Source: Gnetum montanum
Taxonomy: Eukaryota > Plantae > Gnetophyta
Assembly: GCA_015680685.1 (NCBI GenBank)
Contig: MNCI01000851.1
Coordinates: forward strand, 383,157-447,156
Length of the DNA: 64,000 bases
Reading direction: 5' to 3'
A model generated the notes under the pieces. The model did no database searches and was not told the DNA's origin. It saw nothing but the letters and a program-made list of their open reading frames with translations. Below are positions 38,591-53,302 of this stretch, in pieces (within the stretch, counting starts at the first letter, position 1; each line of letters starts with the position of its first letter). The position numbers and the translations under genes were made by a program.

Positions 38591-41500
38591 GCCACTGACA
38601 TTTTCAATCACTACAACTCTAAAATATTAATTTTAAAAAGAGAACATGATAAGCTTAAAATGAGAGAAGGTGAGAAAATAAAATATTACTTCTCTAGAGC
38701 AAATGATATTGTTGTGGCCATTAGAGGTGCTGGTAAAGACTTGCCCAAGAGCATTGTCATTATTAAAATGATTAGAACACTTTAGTTGGAGTTCAAACTA
38801 AAGGTCATGACCATGGAGGAAATCAAACACTTTTTAACTCTAAAATTTAAATAGCTTCAAAGTTCTCTCATTGCTTATGAAATGAACCTCATAAGCAAAG
38901 GAGCTATCCAAGAAAAACCCATCGCTCTAAAGACTACTTCCAAGGAGAAGAAGCTCATTGAGCATGATGAGGGCAATAAACATGAGATTGCAATTCTCTC
39001 AAGGAAGCTATAATGATTAATAGAAAGAAGAAGAAAGGGGTGAAATCAACAAATATCTAACCTATTCAAAGGTAAAGAAAGAGGTAAGATTTTTTAAATT
39101 CTAACATTGATTTCTCTTCTATAGAGTGCTGGATTTGTGTTGGAAGAGGCCATATGGCCTCCAAATATCCTAGAAATAGTAGGATGAGGCACAAGAATAG
39201 ATCCAATGATGAGATAAAGAAGACCAACTTCTATACAAGTTGGGATGATGGGAAGCAAAGTGAGAAAGAGGTGAAGGATGATGCAAAAAATTCTCATCTC
39301 ATTTTCATGATCCTCATTGATGATGTTGCTAATTCACTAGATGATAATCTTAATGATGATGAGAGGTTTGATTTATTATGCAATGACCTTTTGTCTTTTC
39401 AAAATCTTCGCAATAAGTTAAATAAACAAGTGAAAACTAAGGATTAGGAAATCTCCTTGTTGAATTTAACTATTTAAGACCTTACTAAGAAACTCTCAAT
39501 CCTAAAGACTAAGAATGAAGAGCCAACTTGGTCTTATGAATAGGCCAAAGTAGAAATTGTAGATGTCACATTAGTAAATGAAAAGATAGTAGAGGGAAAG
39601 GAATCCTTTCATATGAATTTAGTACAAGAAAGAAGTCCACATGATAAGAGTGGAATACGGTGTTGTATGCAAGTGCAACCATCATCAAAAAGCCCATTGC
39701 AATCAAATGATCTTTTGAAGGATACTCCTACTATATCAAAATCAAAAGATGCTCCTAACCACCAAAAAGATCCTAAAAGGATTGATCATCCTAATTGTTC
39801 TTACTACCATAAGAGGATTAGGTTCTATTGTTGTTATAAATTCGAGCATAAATAATGGGCTTACAATCTTAAGTATTATCATATGAATAGTTAGCCATAT
39901 CATAAGATTCTGTGGTCTTATCAAAGTACATCAACAAATGATTTTTGCAAGATCATAGCAAACATTGAACATCAACTCAAAAGAACAAAGTAATTAAGAA
40001 AGAATGGAGAATTAAAAGGCAGGAATAGAAGAATTAGGAAAACTCTTACTAACAAATTCATGAGAGGAAGCAAAGCCTTGGATATTAAAAAAGTTTAATT
40101 GAGAAGAGAATCCTTAAAAGAGGAAATTATTTCTCTAACTTTCTAAGTACCTTTAATTTTTTACAAAACAGTAGGTAAGTAGAAGTAAGTTTTTTTTTTG
40201 TAAGTATCTATTATGACTATAGTACTTGGTAGCTTTTTTCAAACCCCATCATGTTGAGCCTCTCTTAGAAAGATGTCTACCTAAAGACGTCTTTGCAAAG
40301 ATATCTACTCATGAATTAAGATGTCTATTTGATTTTTATTATAGCATAGCAAAGATGTCTATTGGTGATTTTACAACACAGAAAAGATGTCTAGTATGCA
40401 TGAAAGATGTCTTCTTTTTTATTCAAAGCCTTTGTTCACTATTGCTATTAAAGTTAAAACCTTCATTCTTTTTTCTTACTCTTTCATAAAGATGACTAGG
40501 GCTCCATCATCAGCAGCTATTTTTTCCAAAATGATCCATAAGAATGTTGGGACATCAAGGATGCCACCAAAGAAGAAATCTAGAGGAAGTTCTAGTAGTG
40601 TGCTGCCCATTTATATGTTCCAATTCCATAGTACAAGCACACAACATAGGACTACCATTAGATCTGGGGCATACACTCTAGTAGCACATGCTAAGTTTGT
40701 TTAACAAGGAAATAATTCTTGGGCACCCCTACCTCATCAACTTGTTGATATGTCAAAAGGATATGCCTATTCCAGATATGCCTTTGTTCAAAGACAAGAG
40801 GAGCCTTAATGAATATGTTGAGAAGGGAAGTCTTTCAAATGTAGTTGAAGCATGACCAAGCACTAGATCGTAGAAGATGAAGAATGAGGCATCATCTTAA
40901 AGAATCTTTTCCCAAATGAGTAGATCAAAATCCAATAGTGCCCAAATCAGTTCTTCACTAATGAAGCTTCTTTAACCTTTTGCAAAAGCTATCAAGAAGC
41001 TTAGAAGAAACCTCACTTACTTACAGGAGAGTTTAGATGTAGTTGGCATTCCTCCTCCTTTTGATGGGTAGGAGTTTGTGGAGGTTACTACTCTTTTGGA
41101 TAGTGAGGAGGATGTTCCTATCCCATTGAGGCAATCTACAGTAGTGAGCCCTTCATGTGCTCATAACTCATAGATGGAGTTTGATTTAGTGCCTGAGGTA
41201 TCACAAGCTAGTGTCCAAGGGGAGCATCATATCCCCATGAAATGACCTAAGCATCATGATCCTACACATCCCATACATTCAGTTCATCCATCAGCTAATG
41301 CTCCTAGTTCTTTTGAGTAATGGACTATGGAGAGTATATTTGGGACCACGTCCTAATGGGTACCAGCTTAGCAGCCTCCAGTTCAACTAGATCATCTAGC
41401 TTCATCTTAATTGTAAATGAAGCTTTGTCCCTAGTGAGCTTCCATCCCAATAGTTGAGTCCTCTGATGAGGATGAGCAACAATCAAGTCGACAGTGCACC

Positions 41501-43150
41501 AATAATGATGATGAGGAGGAAGAGACTTATCATTGATCTCGAGCAATGGGGGGATCTAATTCTAAGGATGCAACTAAGGTTAGTGATTAGGAACCTTAGG
41601 TGATCTTTTTCTCTCTCCTTTTTGTTAATATCCAAAAAGGGAGGATAAGTTGTTAATTCTCACATATGTAATTTTTGTACTTTATACATATGTGATTGAT
41701 GTGATACTTCCATTTGTATAGACAGTTGGTTATTTTTGACAATTCCAGATTTATGTGGATAGTTGGTTGTATGAATAGTTGCAAATGAGTTATAGTTTAA
41801 TGATGTTTCCTTTGTTCTCTCAATGTGGTGTACTTTTGATCTTTACTTTTACATCATTTATTTATTTTCCATGTTCTACCAAACTACCTTAAACCTCAAT
41901 GCTTTATCATAGTCCCTGGCTACCATAGGGATTTATATGTCTTCATGTTTTTATTGGTTTTTATCTCACCTAATTTCTTACCTTTTTGACATAACCAAAA
42001 ATGGAAAGCTTGTTGACTTTTTGTATGTCAAAAATTTAAGGAAAATGGAGAACAAAGGATGTTTGCGTGATGTTGTATTTACAAGACAAGATTATGGACA
42101 ATGACTAAGAAAATTAGAAGCAAGGGCAAAGGACTCAAGGACTCACAAGCAAAGTTGACATCATCAAGATCTCAAAGAAGAATGTGAAAATTCAAAAGCA
42201 AAGACAAGGAACAAAGATTTCAAAGTGTAAAGGAATCTCAAGAAAGACATCTCCAAGAAATAGTAGACGTTTAGGCTGAAGTGAAGGAAAATCAGTAAAG
42301 ATATCTCCAAGAAATAGTAGACGTCTTGGCCAAATTGAAGGTTGCTCAAACAAAGATGTATTTGAAAAATAGTACATGTCTTTCTAATGAGAAAGGCATC
42401 TTCATGGAGATGTTTCATAAGAAGACATCTTTCTAGAATGAAGGTTTGATGTACAAAGACATCTCAGCCTCAAAGAAGAGGTCTCCAATGACCGTTAGAT
42501 AGCCATTACATGAATTTTAAGGTGATTTTGGAAACATGCTAGCTATAAGAAGACTTCTTTCCATTGCAAAATGAGAATGTATTATGTACTATTAAGCATA
42601 ATTATCAAGTAATCATTGTAATCATCATTCTCTTATTATTATTACTATCTTTCATCTATTGTAATTAGTCAAAGTAGGCTATACCTTAAAGAAGAAGGAC
42701 CAGCAAACTTATTTGGATTCATCCTTGTAATTGTTATTTGGTACCCTACAGGTTGATGTGCTTCTTGAGGGAAGGCATCTTACTTGATCTTGTTGGGATC
42801 CTTCGAGATTGAGTATTGGTGTAGCACCACAACATTGCGAAGTAGAGCTCAAGTTAAAATGGTTGTGGGATCCTGAAACCCACATTCTAAGCTTATTAAA
42901 CCTTGCGAGGTTGAAAGGATTTATTGTATTGAATCACTCTAGAGTAAAGCTTAGAGTTTGTACAAGGTGTGGTATCCTTTAAATCACATTTTGAGACCAA
43001 CCAAGTCTAGAGGTGTTCTAGTGAACTACCATCCAAGTGTGGACTACCCAAGTTGGGGAACCATGTTAATTTTGGTATGTGTTGTGTTTCAAAGAATTTG
43101 TAATTTGGGGAACTTATTCACTCCCCTCCTTCTAAGTTCAATGATCCTCA
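38590..43150 (+). mobile_element. SIRE-like Copia without pol: gag, spacer, env-like ORF remnant, multiple PPTs, 3' LTR 42011-43150
   Basis: gag UBN2-like LKMREGEKIKYYFSRANDIV..KMIRTL and DKSGI. Env-like remnant from 40491 (MPPKKKSRGSSS). PPT-like CCAAAAAGGGAGGA at 41632 and CCAAAAATGGAAAG just before TGTTG. The LTR has AGAYRTCT palindromes and a terminal ATTCACTCCCCTCCT...CA. A possible displaced gag start lies at 35760-35970. Confidence 0.75.
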
Positions 43151-43621
43151 ATGTGCTAAGTGCTTAGATAATTAAATCATGCAAGGTCATTTTAGAAACA
43201 TAACAAACAATCATTAGAAAATATAATAATATTTTACTCAAGGCACACTACCAAATAAACTAAAAATGTCTTCTTCTTGTAGGGCTAATTTGCCACCTAC
43301 TAATGACTCTACAAGACAACATGACATAATAAGAAGAATTGTAGATGAAGTGCCTTAGTAGCTCAAAGTTTCCTACACCCATTCGAATTCTTATTATCCA
43401 AACTTCATTTTCATCCTTCACCAAGATGAAAAACTTTGATGGGAGACTTTGAGGGAAACATTCTGTTGTTACCTAATCATGCTATTCCATTCATGTTCAT
43501 GGAAGCATTAATGAAGCTTGGGCTTAAGCCAACAATTTCAAAGTACCAAGGGATAATCACTCTAGGGACTATCAACCAATAAAGGCTCAACTTAGAAATA
43601 AAGTTAAATTTCCTTCACCTA
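43151..43621 (+). mobile_element. Athila-like 5' UTR and gag-start stub
   Basis: NFIFILHQDEKL*W.DFEGNILL is homologous to 31300-31420 and 44740-44830. Confidence 0.7.
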
Positions 43622-45665
43622 TGATATTGTAACTAGGATATTGTATCTACAACGTCATATATTCGATATCATAGCACAAGCTATGACATCATAGATTTGA
43701 TATCGTGGGATGTGTGTACCCTATGAATACAACACTTATGTGCATAGATCTAGAGAAATTCGCAAATCATAGTAACATAACTCTTTCAATTTATCTTTGT
43801 AATCTGGTACTTAGAAGTGTGAATGCGCATAATGTAGTATGACTTAGTAAATGGAGTCTTTGTTAGAACATCTTGTACTTGGGCACACATGTGACCAATA
43901 ATAAAAATTGAGCTATTTCATACTATTACAACATTCTCCTAATTTCTTTTTTTACTTAGCATAAAGTTCCTAGTTAACATTTTACTATTCTATGCACTTT
44001 ACTATTACTATTGTTATTAAACAGAATGAGTAAGATTGATCTCGAGTACTTAAGTATAATTTCTTGGTAACTTAGTAGTGCTATCTCTTGGTACACCCAA
44101 TAGCAATACACTTGGTATCCTAGTAGTAGTTACACAAATCCCAAGGTGTGTATGAAAGATCAAGAATGGATGCTCATTGCCATAGGCTAGAATATATTCA
44201 TTTACTTGTTTTACATAGAATTAGAAACTACTTTCAATCTCATCATGTTTGCTAGGAATAAGAATGGCCCAACAACATAAGCTATCATATACCTTATGGT
44301 AAGGTAAATTATATAAATAGACTTCACTAGCTTCACATGGGAAGAGAATAGTCTCAAACTTAAACCAATTATTAGCATAATTACATTGCCTCATCCATGA
44401 AGTATGATTTGGTTATGCATGAATACCTGTGACTTGTATGGTTGGGTGTTGGATTGCTACATCACTCATCATTGGCATCATTTCTAAGGACAAGTCAATG
44501 TAAGCTGAGTAATTAATTTCATAAAGTTTGTTAATTAAGAACCCAAAGTTAAATTCCATAATTTTCTAATAACTCTAAAAGTAAGCACACCTAACCAAAT
44601 GGTTTAAACCAAAACATGGCTTCAAATAAGGATACATCATCACTTGTCAAGGAGACAAAAAGAGGCAATGAAAAAATTAGTGACAAAGAAAAATGAAGTA
44701 TGCTAATGCCAGCAAGGATCTCATATGCTTATCATAATCCTTATTATGTTGATTTTACTTGCATCTTTAACTAAGACAAGAAACTAAGGTGGAGAGATCT
44801 TCAAGGTAAAATTGTTCTACCTTCAGAGCACTCATCACCCATTATGCTTCAAACAACTCTAATGGGCATGAATCTAAGTAAGGCACTTGACAAGTATCAT
44901 GTGACCAAACACATGACATGATCTTATCATCCCACTGAGGAGTAAGTAAAGAGAGATGTTACCATGAATGTTAAACATGTCCAAAATAAAGGAAAGAAAT
45001 TCAACTCTCCTAGTATCTTAGAAGATCTTGATGATGATGCATTCATCATTGAGCAACTCCACCAAAATCATGAAGTCCATTCACAAACATCTATCATCCA
45101 ATTGGATGAACCTATTAAAGTTCAATTGCATTCCATTATAGTAGAGACCTAAGAGGGAGGTAACTTACTTAAAGTATAAGCAGGAATCAAGGCCCAGAGT
45201 TTCTATTGGATCCTATAGAGAAGAATATCAAAGTCATCAAAGGAGGACAAGACAACACTATTCTCCTATTGCCTCATCCTCTTCTACACGTTTGTGAGTG
45301 GGCTTTGATAAGAGGAGGCCTTAAGGCACAAAGACCATGGTAGGAATGAGAGAAGGACTCATGATTACCATGACTATCACCCAAGGCATTCATATGAGGA
45401 AGACGAAGATTATGAACAAAGAAGATGCAAGGATATAAGAGAAGATTGAGAATAACATGAGCATTGAAGGGGGTATTACTACAATAGAGCCAATGACCTT
45501 GATTACGATGATGAATCCCTATTAGCTACTCAAAGCATGATCAACATTAGGAAAGCTTTTTATATTTTGACCAGGCATGTTAGGGATAGTCATATCAAAT
45601 GGCTAGATATGAATAACATGCCCAAATTTGAGGGTGGTTACGATGTTGATCCATAACACACTTCT
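43622..45665 (+). mobile_element. Athila-like element, 5' part: LTR 43622-44471, degenerate PBS, gag start
   Basis: The LTR ends CACTCATCA and is followed by TTGGCATCATTTCTAAGGA. The gag reads to NMPKFEGGYDVDP, then is truncated. Confidence 0.8.
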
Positions 45666-48600
45666 AGGATAAGGAAAACCATAGAGTTTGTGGATGGGTG
45701 GATGTTGTGGACTCACTACTTATTTCATGAAAAAGAAACCATGTCCTAGTTATCAGTAACAAAATTCAAAGCTAGAATCTAGACACCAACGATCAAATAA
45801 CTAGATAGCACATGCCCACATCAAACAAACCACATTGTACCCAATTGGCAATAAGGCATGTTTTTATTATTAAAAAACAATAAGAAAATCACATCCAAAT
45901 AGAGGTAAATACACAACAAATTGTAAAATACTTAAGAAAAATAAAACATACTAATGATGTTATAAAACAAGAATTTTTGAAAAAATAATAACATAAAAAC
46001 AAAAAGGTGTAAGATAAAGAATGTGTAAAATAAAAAAGTTATAAGAATAACAAGGTATAAAATAAAGACGTGTAAAGAAAAAAGATGAAAAACTGAGGAG
46101 CTACTTATATAGTTAGCATAGATGGCCATCTTCCACATGTCTAAGTTAAAAGAAGAAAATCTGAAAGATTGAGCATGGTTGTCCATCCAATGAGGCATTT
46201 GTTGCACTAGCTTACTTAGGCTAGTGGAAAGGTTTGACTTGTTATATGTTGGCTAGCTATTTCTTGTCTAAGCTCTCTTGTTTGTAGATCAGCATGGCCC
46301 CAAAAGGGAAAGTTTTGTAAATGATATAAGGTCCTTCCCACAACATTTGGAACTTAGTTTGTTAAGGTATGTGTATGGGGTTCCAATAGAGGACCTTATC
46401 TTCTAGTTGAGATTTGACTTTCCTAATTCTAAGGTCATGGCACATTTTTTTGAATACCTTATAAAACTTGGTAGATGAAAGGGCCACCAATTGATTTTTG
46501 TCTAGCAAGTTGAGATTCATTAATCTTTCTTTTTGTGCTAGACTTAAGCCAAGGTCAAGATCACAGGCTGTTGAAAGTTTGTGGAGCTCAAATTGAATAA
46601 GAAGTGTTATAATTTTCCATACACTAGCCCATAGGGAGAATAGCCTATAGGGAGTTTTCATGTTAAGCAGTAGGCCGAGAGGGCATCATTGAGTTTTTTG
46701 CTCTAGTCTTTCCTATATTTGCTGATAATTATCGTTAGGATCATTGTGATTTCCCTATTTATAACCTTAGCTTAACCATTGACTTTGGGGTGGTAAGGTG
46801 TTGTTAGTTTATGTTCAACACCCAAGCATTGCATAAGCTTCCAAAAGGTAGTACCTATAAAGTGGATTCCATTGTCAAAAATTAATGTACATAGCACATC
46901 AAACTTGTTTACAACATTATGCTATATAAACCAAGTATCAGTAGAAGATGTATAATTAGTGATAGCTATTATTTTTGCTCATTTCGTACAATATTCAATA
47001 GTAACTATGATGTACACCTTTCCATTTAACATGGGTGTGATGGGACCCATGAAATCAATGCCCTAGATGTCAAATGGTTTCAATGGTTGAATCCATCATT
47101 GAGGTCCCTCTATTCAAGCATTCATTCCATCATCTCATTGGCAGCATTCACAAGAGTAGACAAATTGGTAAGCATCCTTGAAAATTGCTAGCCAATAATA
47201 TCCTACCATTAGGATTTTAATGGTTATGCATCTCCTAGCATAGTGGCCCCCACAAGGACCCTCATGAGCATTGTGCATCTTAGAGAATGCACAATTGATC
47301 AACATTAGGGACACACCAATAAATTAGACCACCAACACATACCTTGTAGACATGTTTATTGATCTCCATGAAGTGTTTTACCTGGTGAAGAAACCATTAT
47401 TTCTTTTGGTTTTCCAACCCTTGTGACATCTCTTGAGTGAGAAGATAAGTAAGAATGCCATCATACCATTTAGGCTCAGTGGGCAATTGTTCAATTATAG
47501 CCCTAGAAAAGAGAAGTTCATCAAGAAATAGATTAGATAGTGGGCTTTCCTTCTCTTTATTATTCCAATCAAAATAAGTTATCAATGACCACATTCTCAA
47601 TTCCTTTTTGATCTACCATCATAAGATCAAATTCATGTAAGATCACCAACCATCGTATGACATGGGGGCTTACTGTTGGCTTGTTCATGAGGAAGAAAAA
47701 GGCACGGTGACCCATGTGCATAAAAACCTTGTATCCAAGCACATAATGCATAAACATTTTTTGAGTAAACGCCACTGCCATTAATTCTTTTTCTGTGGTG
47801 ATGTAATTCATCTATGCACCCACAATGCTTCAGCTTGCATAGTTCATGTAATATGGATGTTTCTTGTTGTCCAACTGTGTAAGCACAACTCCCAAAGTGT
47901 AATTTAATGCATCCATCATACCATAAAATGGTTTGGACCAATCAAGTGCCTATAGAATTGGAGTTTCTACAAGTTTCTCCTTTAGTTTTTGGAATTCTTT
48001 TTCACATTCTGTGGTCCAGACAAATGGAGCATCTTTCTTTGTTAGCTCAACCAATGATTTTGCAATCTTACAAAAATTCTCTATGAATTATTGATCGTAG
48101 CCAATGTGTCTAAGGAATGACTAGGCATCTTTTATAGTTTCTAGTTTACAGGCAATTCCTTAGATGACCCTTATTCTAGGTTGACCTCAATTCCTACTTG
48201 TGGCATTTGATGCTCCAATATAATGAATTATTGGACCATGAGATGGTTCTTTTGCCAATTAAGTTGTAGGTTTTATTCCACACATCTTTTTAGTACTTGA
48301 CCAAGGTGGTCTAAGGCTTGCTCAAATATAGCAACATAAGTGGAGAAGTCATTCATAAAGACTTCCACTCCACTACCAATTTGCAACAGAAAGATGCTTA
48401 AGCTCAGGCATTGGAATGTAGCAGGAGCATTGCAAAGATAAAAATGCATCTTGTGATATGCAAAGGTCCGCCAAGGACTCATGCATGTTTCTTGTCTCAG
48501 TCCTCTAGAGTAATCTAGATTTGGTTATAGCCACTATAACAATCCAAAAAACTATAATAGTAATGCCTAGATATGGTGTCTAACACTTGATCAATGAATG

Positions 48601-51600
48601 ACAATGAAAAATGGTCCTTAAATGTTACCATATTCAACAACCAAAAATCAATGTAGACCTACCACTTTCCACCTTTTTTGGCATAATCATGAGTGGACTA
48701 ACCACTCACTATCCATAATGGGATAGATAAACCCTACCTTGAGGAGTTGTTTGATTTCCAACTTGACAATCTACCTCAATTTGGGATTCATTCACCTTCA
48801 TGGCTACCTCTTTGGCTTCATGGTTGGGTCAATGTAGATACCATGCTAGCATATCCTAGGATCAATCCCTATGAGTTTAGGATATGACCAAGTAATGGTT
48901 GTTGATCATTTTTCAACCACATTCAACAACATCTATTTCTATTCTAGAGAAAGATTTGAATTGATTATTACTAGCTTCTCATTTTTTAAGAATGCATATT
49001 CCATGCCGATAAATAGAACTTTTAATTCAAGGGGCTCTTGCTTGAAATTTTTGGAATTTCCAACTCTCCCCAATAGTTATCATCATTTGCACTAATAAAG
49101 AGTTGGTAATGAACTTGCTCTAGTTCATCCATGCCTATGACATATGCACATGTCAAGTTCTGAGTAGGTTCCATGCAAAGTGTGCTACTTTCAGAATTAG
49201 CAATTAGCCACTAGGTACCCTCTTGTTTTATGGCTATTACATATAGACACATTTGAATGTCTACTTCAGGTGCACACTACCTATATGTAGAAATGGATGC
49301 TCGTTTAATGGACTAGAGTTTCTACATGCAATTGCACCCTATATTGCGATACACAATGCATGGAACTCACTTCTTCTCAATCTTTTTGAAAGCATTTTCC
49401 TTAGATAACTCTAAGGAAAGATCTCTAATGTCCATTATTCCATAATGCTTAGCCATGCCCTTTCCATGATAATAGGGAAGTCCCCTTTACATTTCTCCAC
49501 CTTGATTACTAGTAAACTAGTAGGATAAGATCACCCATAGATAGTGGTCACAATGTCTTCCACTAATCCCAATGGAACAATAATGAACTAGTCTACCAAT
49601 TTCAAGTAGATGTTGCTCTTATTAAGGGGTGATAGGTTCTAGACAATATACATCTCATAAGAAATCAAGTTCACACCCAAACCTAAATCAAGAAGAGCTT
49701 TAAATGGTTCATTCCCAGTAATCTATAAATAAATAAGAGGACTCCTAGGATTAGCTAATTTCTTGCAAAGGTTTCCAACCTAGATCTAATCAAATACGAG
49801 ATGAGTGAGCATACAAGTATAGATCCTAGGTTGCATTTGGATTGAAGGGGACTCAAAGGAATTAGATGTAGAGGAAGATGGAGAAGCAATGTTGCCAACC
49901 ACATGTGTATGTAAGAGCTTAGGTGGACTATTGGATCAAAAAAAAGGATCGTTTCCCTATTCTAGTGTTCGAACCACTCGATTGAGGAATTGGTTGTAGA
50001 TTAATGACCCTAGTAGCATTATGTTGCTGTGGCTGGGTTGGAAATTCACCTTGCATAGATGGAGCATGTCGTAGTTGTGTTGAGGGTGGAGGAATAGATG
50101 CAAGAAAAAGAGAAGGATAAGGATAAAAAGTGGTATCCCTAAAATTTGGAGAATGAGTTCAATAATATTTGAAAGGGTAGTAGTGATGTTAGAAAGTAGA
50201 AACGTGACTAGAAGAGTCATGTGGAGATAGGGGTTGTTGAACATAATACCCATATGAATCAGGTTATCAGTAAGGGTATTGCTACCTTGGTGATGGTAGT
50301 GCCCATGATTATGGTTGCTACCACTGTTGATACTACTCATATGGTTGTAGTGGAGTTTTACTTGGATAATACTACTATTGCTAATGGAACTACCTAGGAT
50401 TGCCTTGAGTATAAGATAATTTTCTAGGTGTTTTTCTTCTTACTAGTCATGGATTTAGAGCATACATCCTAGACTCTTGTAAGTGTAAAACAATGGGGTA
50501 ACATCCTTTAAGATGTTTATATTGGTATATGTCACACCCACCATCATCATTTGATTCAGTCTTTGCAACTTCTTCTACTGCAGCAATCTTGCCCTTACCC
50601 CTTTGATTAGCAGGTTTAGCTTCTTTTTTCCTCTTGAAATCATGATTACTACCTTATTCTTTGGACTCTTTAGCAATTTTCAAGATAATTTGAAATTGGC
50701 TATCCATGGAGACCCATAGCTAATCTACCTTAGCCTAAATTTCAAAGGTTTATTTTTGAATCAATAAGGTCTTATGGCTCACCACCTTATTAAATGATGA
50801 TTCCTCCTCATTGTCACAAAATTAAACCTTCCTCTTACAAATGGAAGGATCGTGGTTGTATTCTTTTGCACTTTCATGTTTCCTCAGCTCTCCTTCTTCT
50901 TTTTCTACCTACTCAATCAATCGTTGAATCTTATGGGATCTTAATTCTAACAATTTCCCTTGGGCACAGATGCCAAGAGTTCTCTTTGTTTTTTATCAGA
51001 GCCCATCTATGATGTGGAAAAGTTGTTTTAGTTAAGAATAACCATGGCTAGGATATCTGTGTAATAGAGAATAGTATCAACCCATGGCAGCATCCAAAGA
51101 TTCATGTGTCCCTTGTTTCCATCTTTGGATTTTGCCTCTTCAAGTTGGACACTTGGGGGTACATCTAATATTTGTCATTGAATAGTTCCAGCATTGTACT
51201 TCACCATTTGATGGATTCCAGTTCTAAGGACTAGTACCAGCTTCCTACTTCTTTAATGAGTATCCTAGGGAACAACTTAAACTTTTGTTAATCATTTTCA
51301 ATATTTTGCAAGGCACAAACATCATGGAAAGCTTGAAGATGATTTTGTAAATTTTACTTATATCCCCCTTCAAACCTAGGAATATTGTTCATGTCTAGCC
51401 TCTTGATCTGACTATCCTTAATGTGTGTTGTAGGAATTCTCACTACCTCTAAAATGTTTAGCATGCTTTGGATAGCAAGAAAAGGCTCATCGAGGCCATA
51501 ATTCTGGTGCCTATGATGCCCTCTACTAACCCTTCATTCATGGTGGTAGGTCTCTCTTGAACATCCATGCCTTAGGTCTTGAGTTGGCCAATGGTCCCTA

Positions 51601-53302
51601 TGATCATCTTGGTCCCATTGGTTACCTCCATCATGATTGCACCCCCTACAATTGCATTCAGAGCTAGAAGAGGAAGGTCATGATCATGATCATGTTTCTT
51701 GTTTGCATCTTTGCCATGGTAATCCTCCTTGGATCCTCCTTTCTCGTTGGATCCATTTTTTTCCAAAACTTGAATTATGGATCATGGACTATAAGTTTTG
51801 ATTTTGATCTCCTTCACTGAAGTCAAAGAGAGAAGCTTCATCACATGGAAAACCCTAGAGAAGGGTTCTCAACCATCTTTGTGGTACATGAGATATGGAA
51901 AATCATTAAACCATTTTTCCTTTGCAGATTCATAGTGCTAATCTAGTTGTCAATCCCTTATATGTTGTGCCTCAGTGGGATGATAATCCCTGGCATCACT
52001 ATCCTACACAACATACTTAGCATGAAGTCCCTAGAGACCCAATCGTATAAGAGTTTTTTGGAGCATCATAGGCATAGATCAATTAAGTGGCAACAAAATG
52101 TTGCCCTTCATGTCTTGTCATAGTAGCAGTTCATCATGGTGTAGGATGAAGGTGAAATTAGGTACATACTCATTAGGATGAGCATATATTACTCAGTATT
52201 TTTGGGGAACCTATTGATGTATTCCGTTAGATTTAGGCAAAGAATCATTCCTGTGAGACGAAGACATCTTGTGTTAGAAAATAAAAAATGCAACGTGCTT
52301 CTTAACATTATTGTAGTTATTTTAATGTATGATATGACTCTAGGGTCATTCCAACAATCGTGAATAATTTTTACTAAGTCCTAAATAGCGCATGTAACAA
52401 ACAAAAGGTCCCTGGCAATGGTGCCAATGATGAGCAGCAAGGTACCCCTACATCCAACATATGAATCACAAGCATTCATGTGCGATCCAATCAAATTTCA
52501 CAAACCTTAAATTCTTAAGTACATTCATTCTAAGATGTGAAATCTAATTGTGACAATCGTTGTCTTCTCGACTATACTTGTGGAACTTAATTGTATGGTT
52601 AAGTATAATTGAGGCACATCATTTTCATTATTTTATATTTTATTTGTCTACGATTAATAACAGGTTGAAACTTGATTTATGAAATAATTAATTAATGTAA
52701 TTGTTGATCAATAACTAACTATCCTAACATAAGTATCCTATCCCACTTCTTATGCACATCCTAAACACGTATAATGTTGCTAGGTTATCAAACATTAAGC
52801 ATTGCTAGGATCACCAAGAGTCATATGCACAGTTAGAGTGGTACTTATGTGCTTAATTAACTTCTATTTAATTAAACTAGCTTACTTTAGCTTAATTACT
52901 TGGGAGCATTAAAGGAAATTTTATAAACATTAAATGAATAAATAAAATATTTAAACTAGCTAAGGTGCTACAAGGTTTGATCAAAAAGCTCATCTTTATT
53001 GCTGCACACATCGCCATGCTCAGGTACAATAGTGCTCAAATAAAGATCCATACACTTAATGACTCCTACTATGGGAACTTTAAAAAAAATTCTAACTCTG
53101 GAGAAAATAAATTGTAAGAGATATTCTATGCTATAACAAAAACTATATGGAAACCATGTGCCCAAGTGCTATATTTATAAGCTAGCACATACCCCAAAAT
53201 ATCAAATATTTGACATCGCATCTTGGGGCCTGATATCGAATACCTAACATTGTAACTTTGATATCGTATATCCAATATCGGAGCACTACAAAATATGATT
53301 CA
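45666..53302 (-). mobile_element. Near-complete decayed Athila-like element: 5' LTR ~53302-52428, PBS 52426-52409, gag-PR-RT-RH-INT, 3' truncated
   Basis: PBS TGGCACCATTGCCAGGGA; KALLDLG protease (~49690); MHFYLCNAPATFQ..EVFMNDFS RT; NYITTEKELMAV RH; HEGPCGGHYA and IDFMGP integrase; WEGPY GPY/F motif (~46335). The outer LTR boundary is approximate. Confidence 0.9.
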
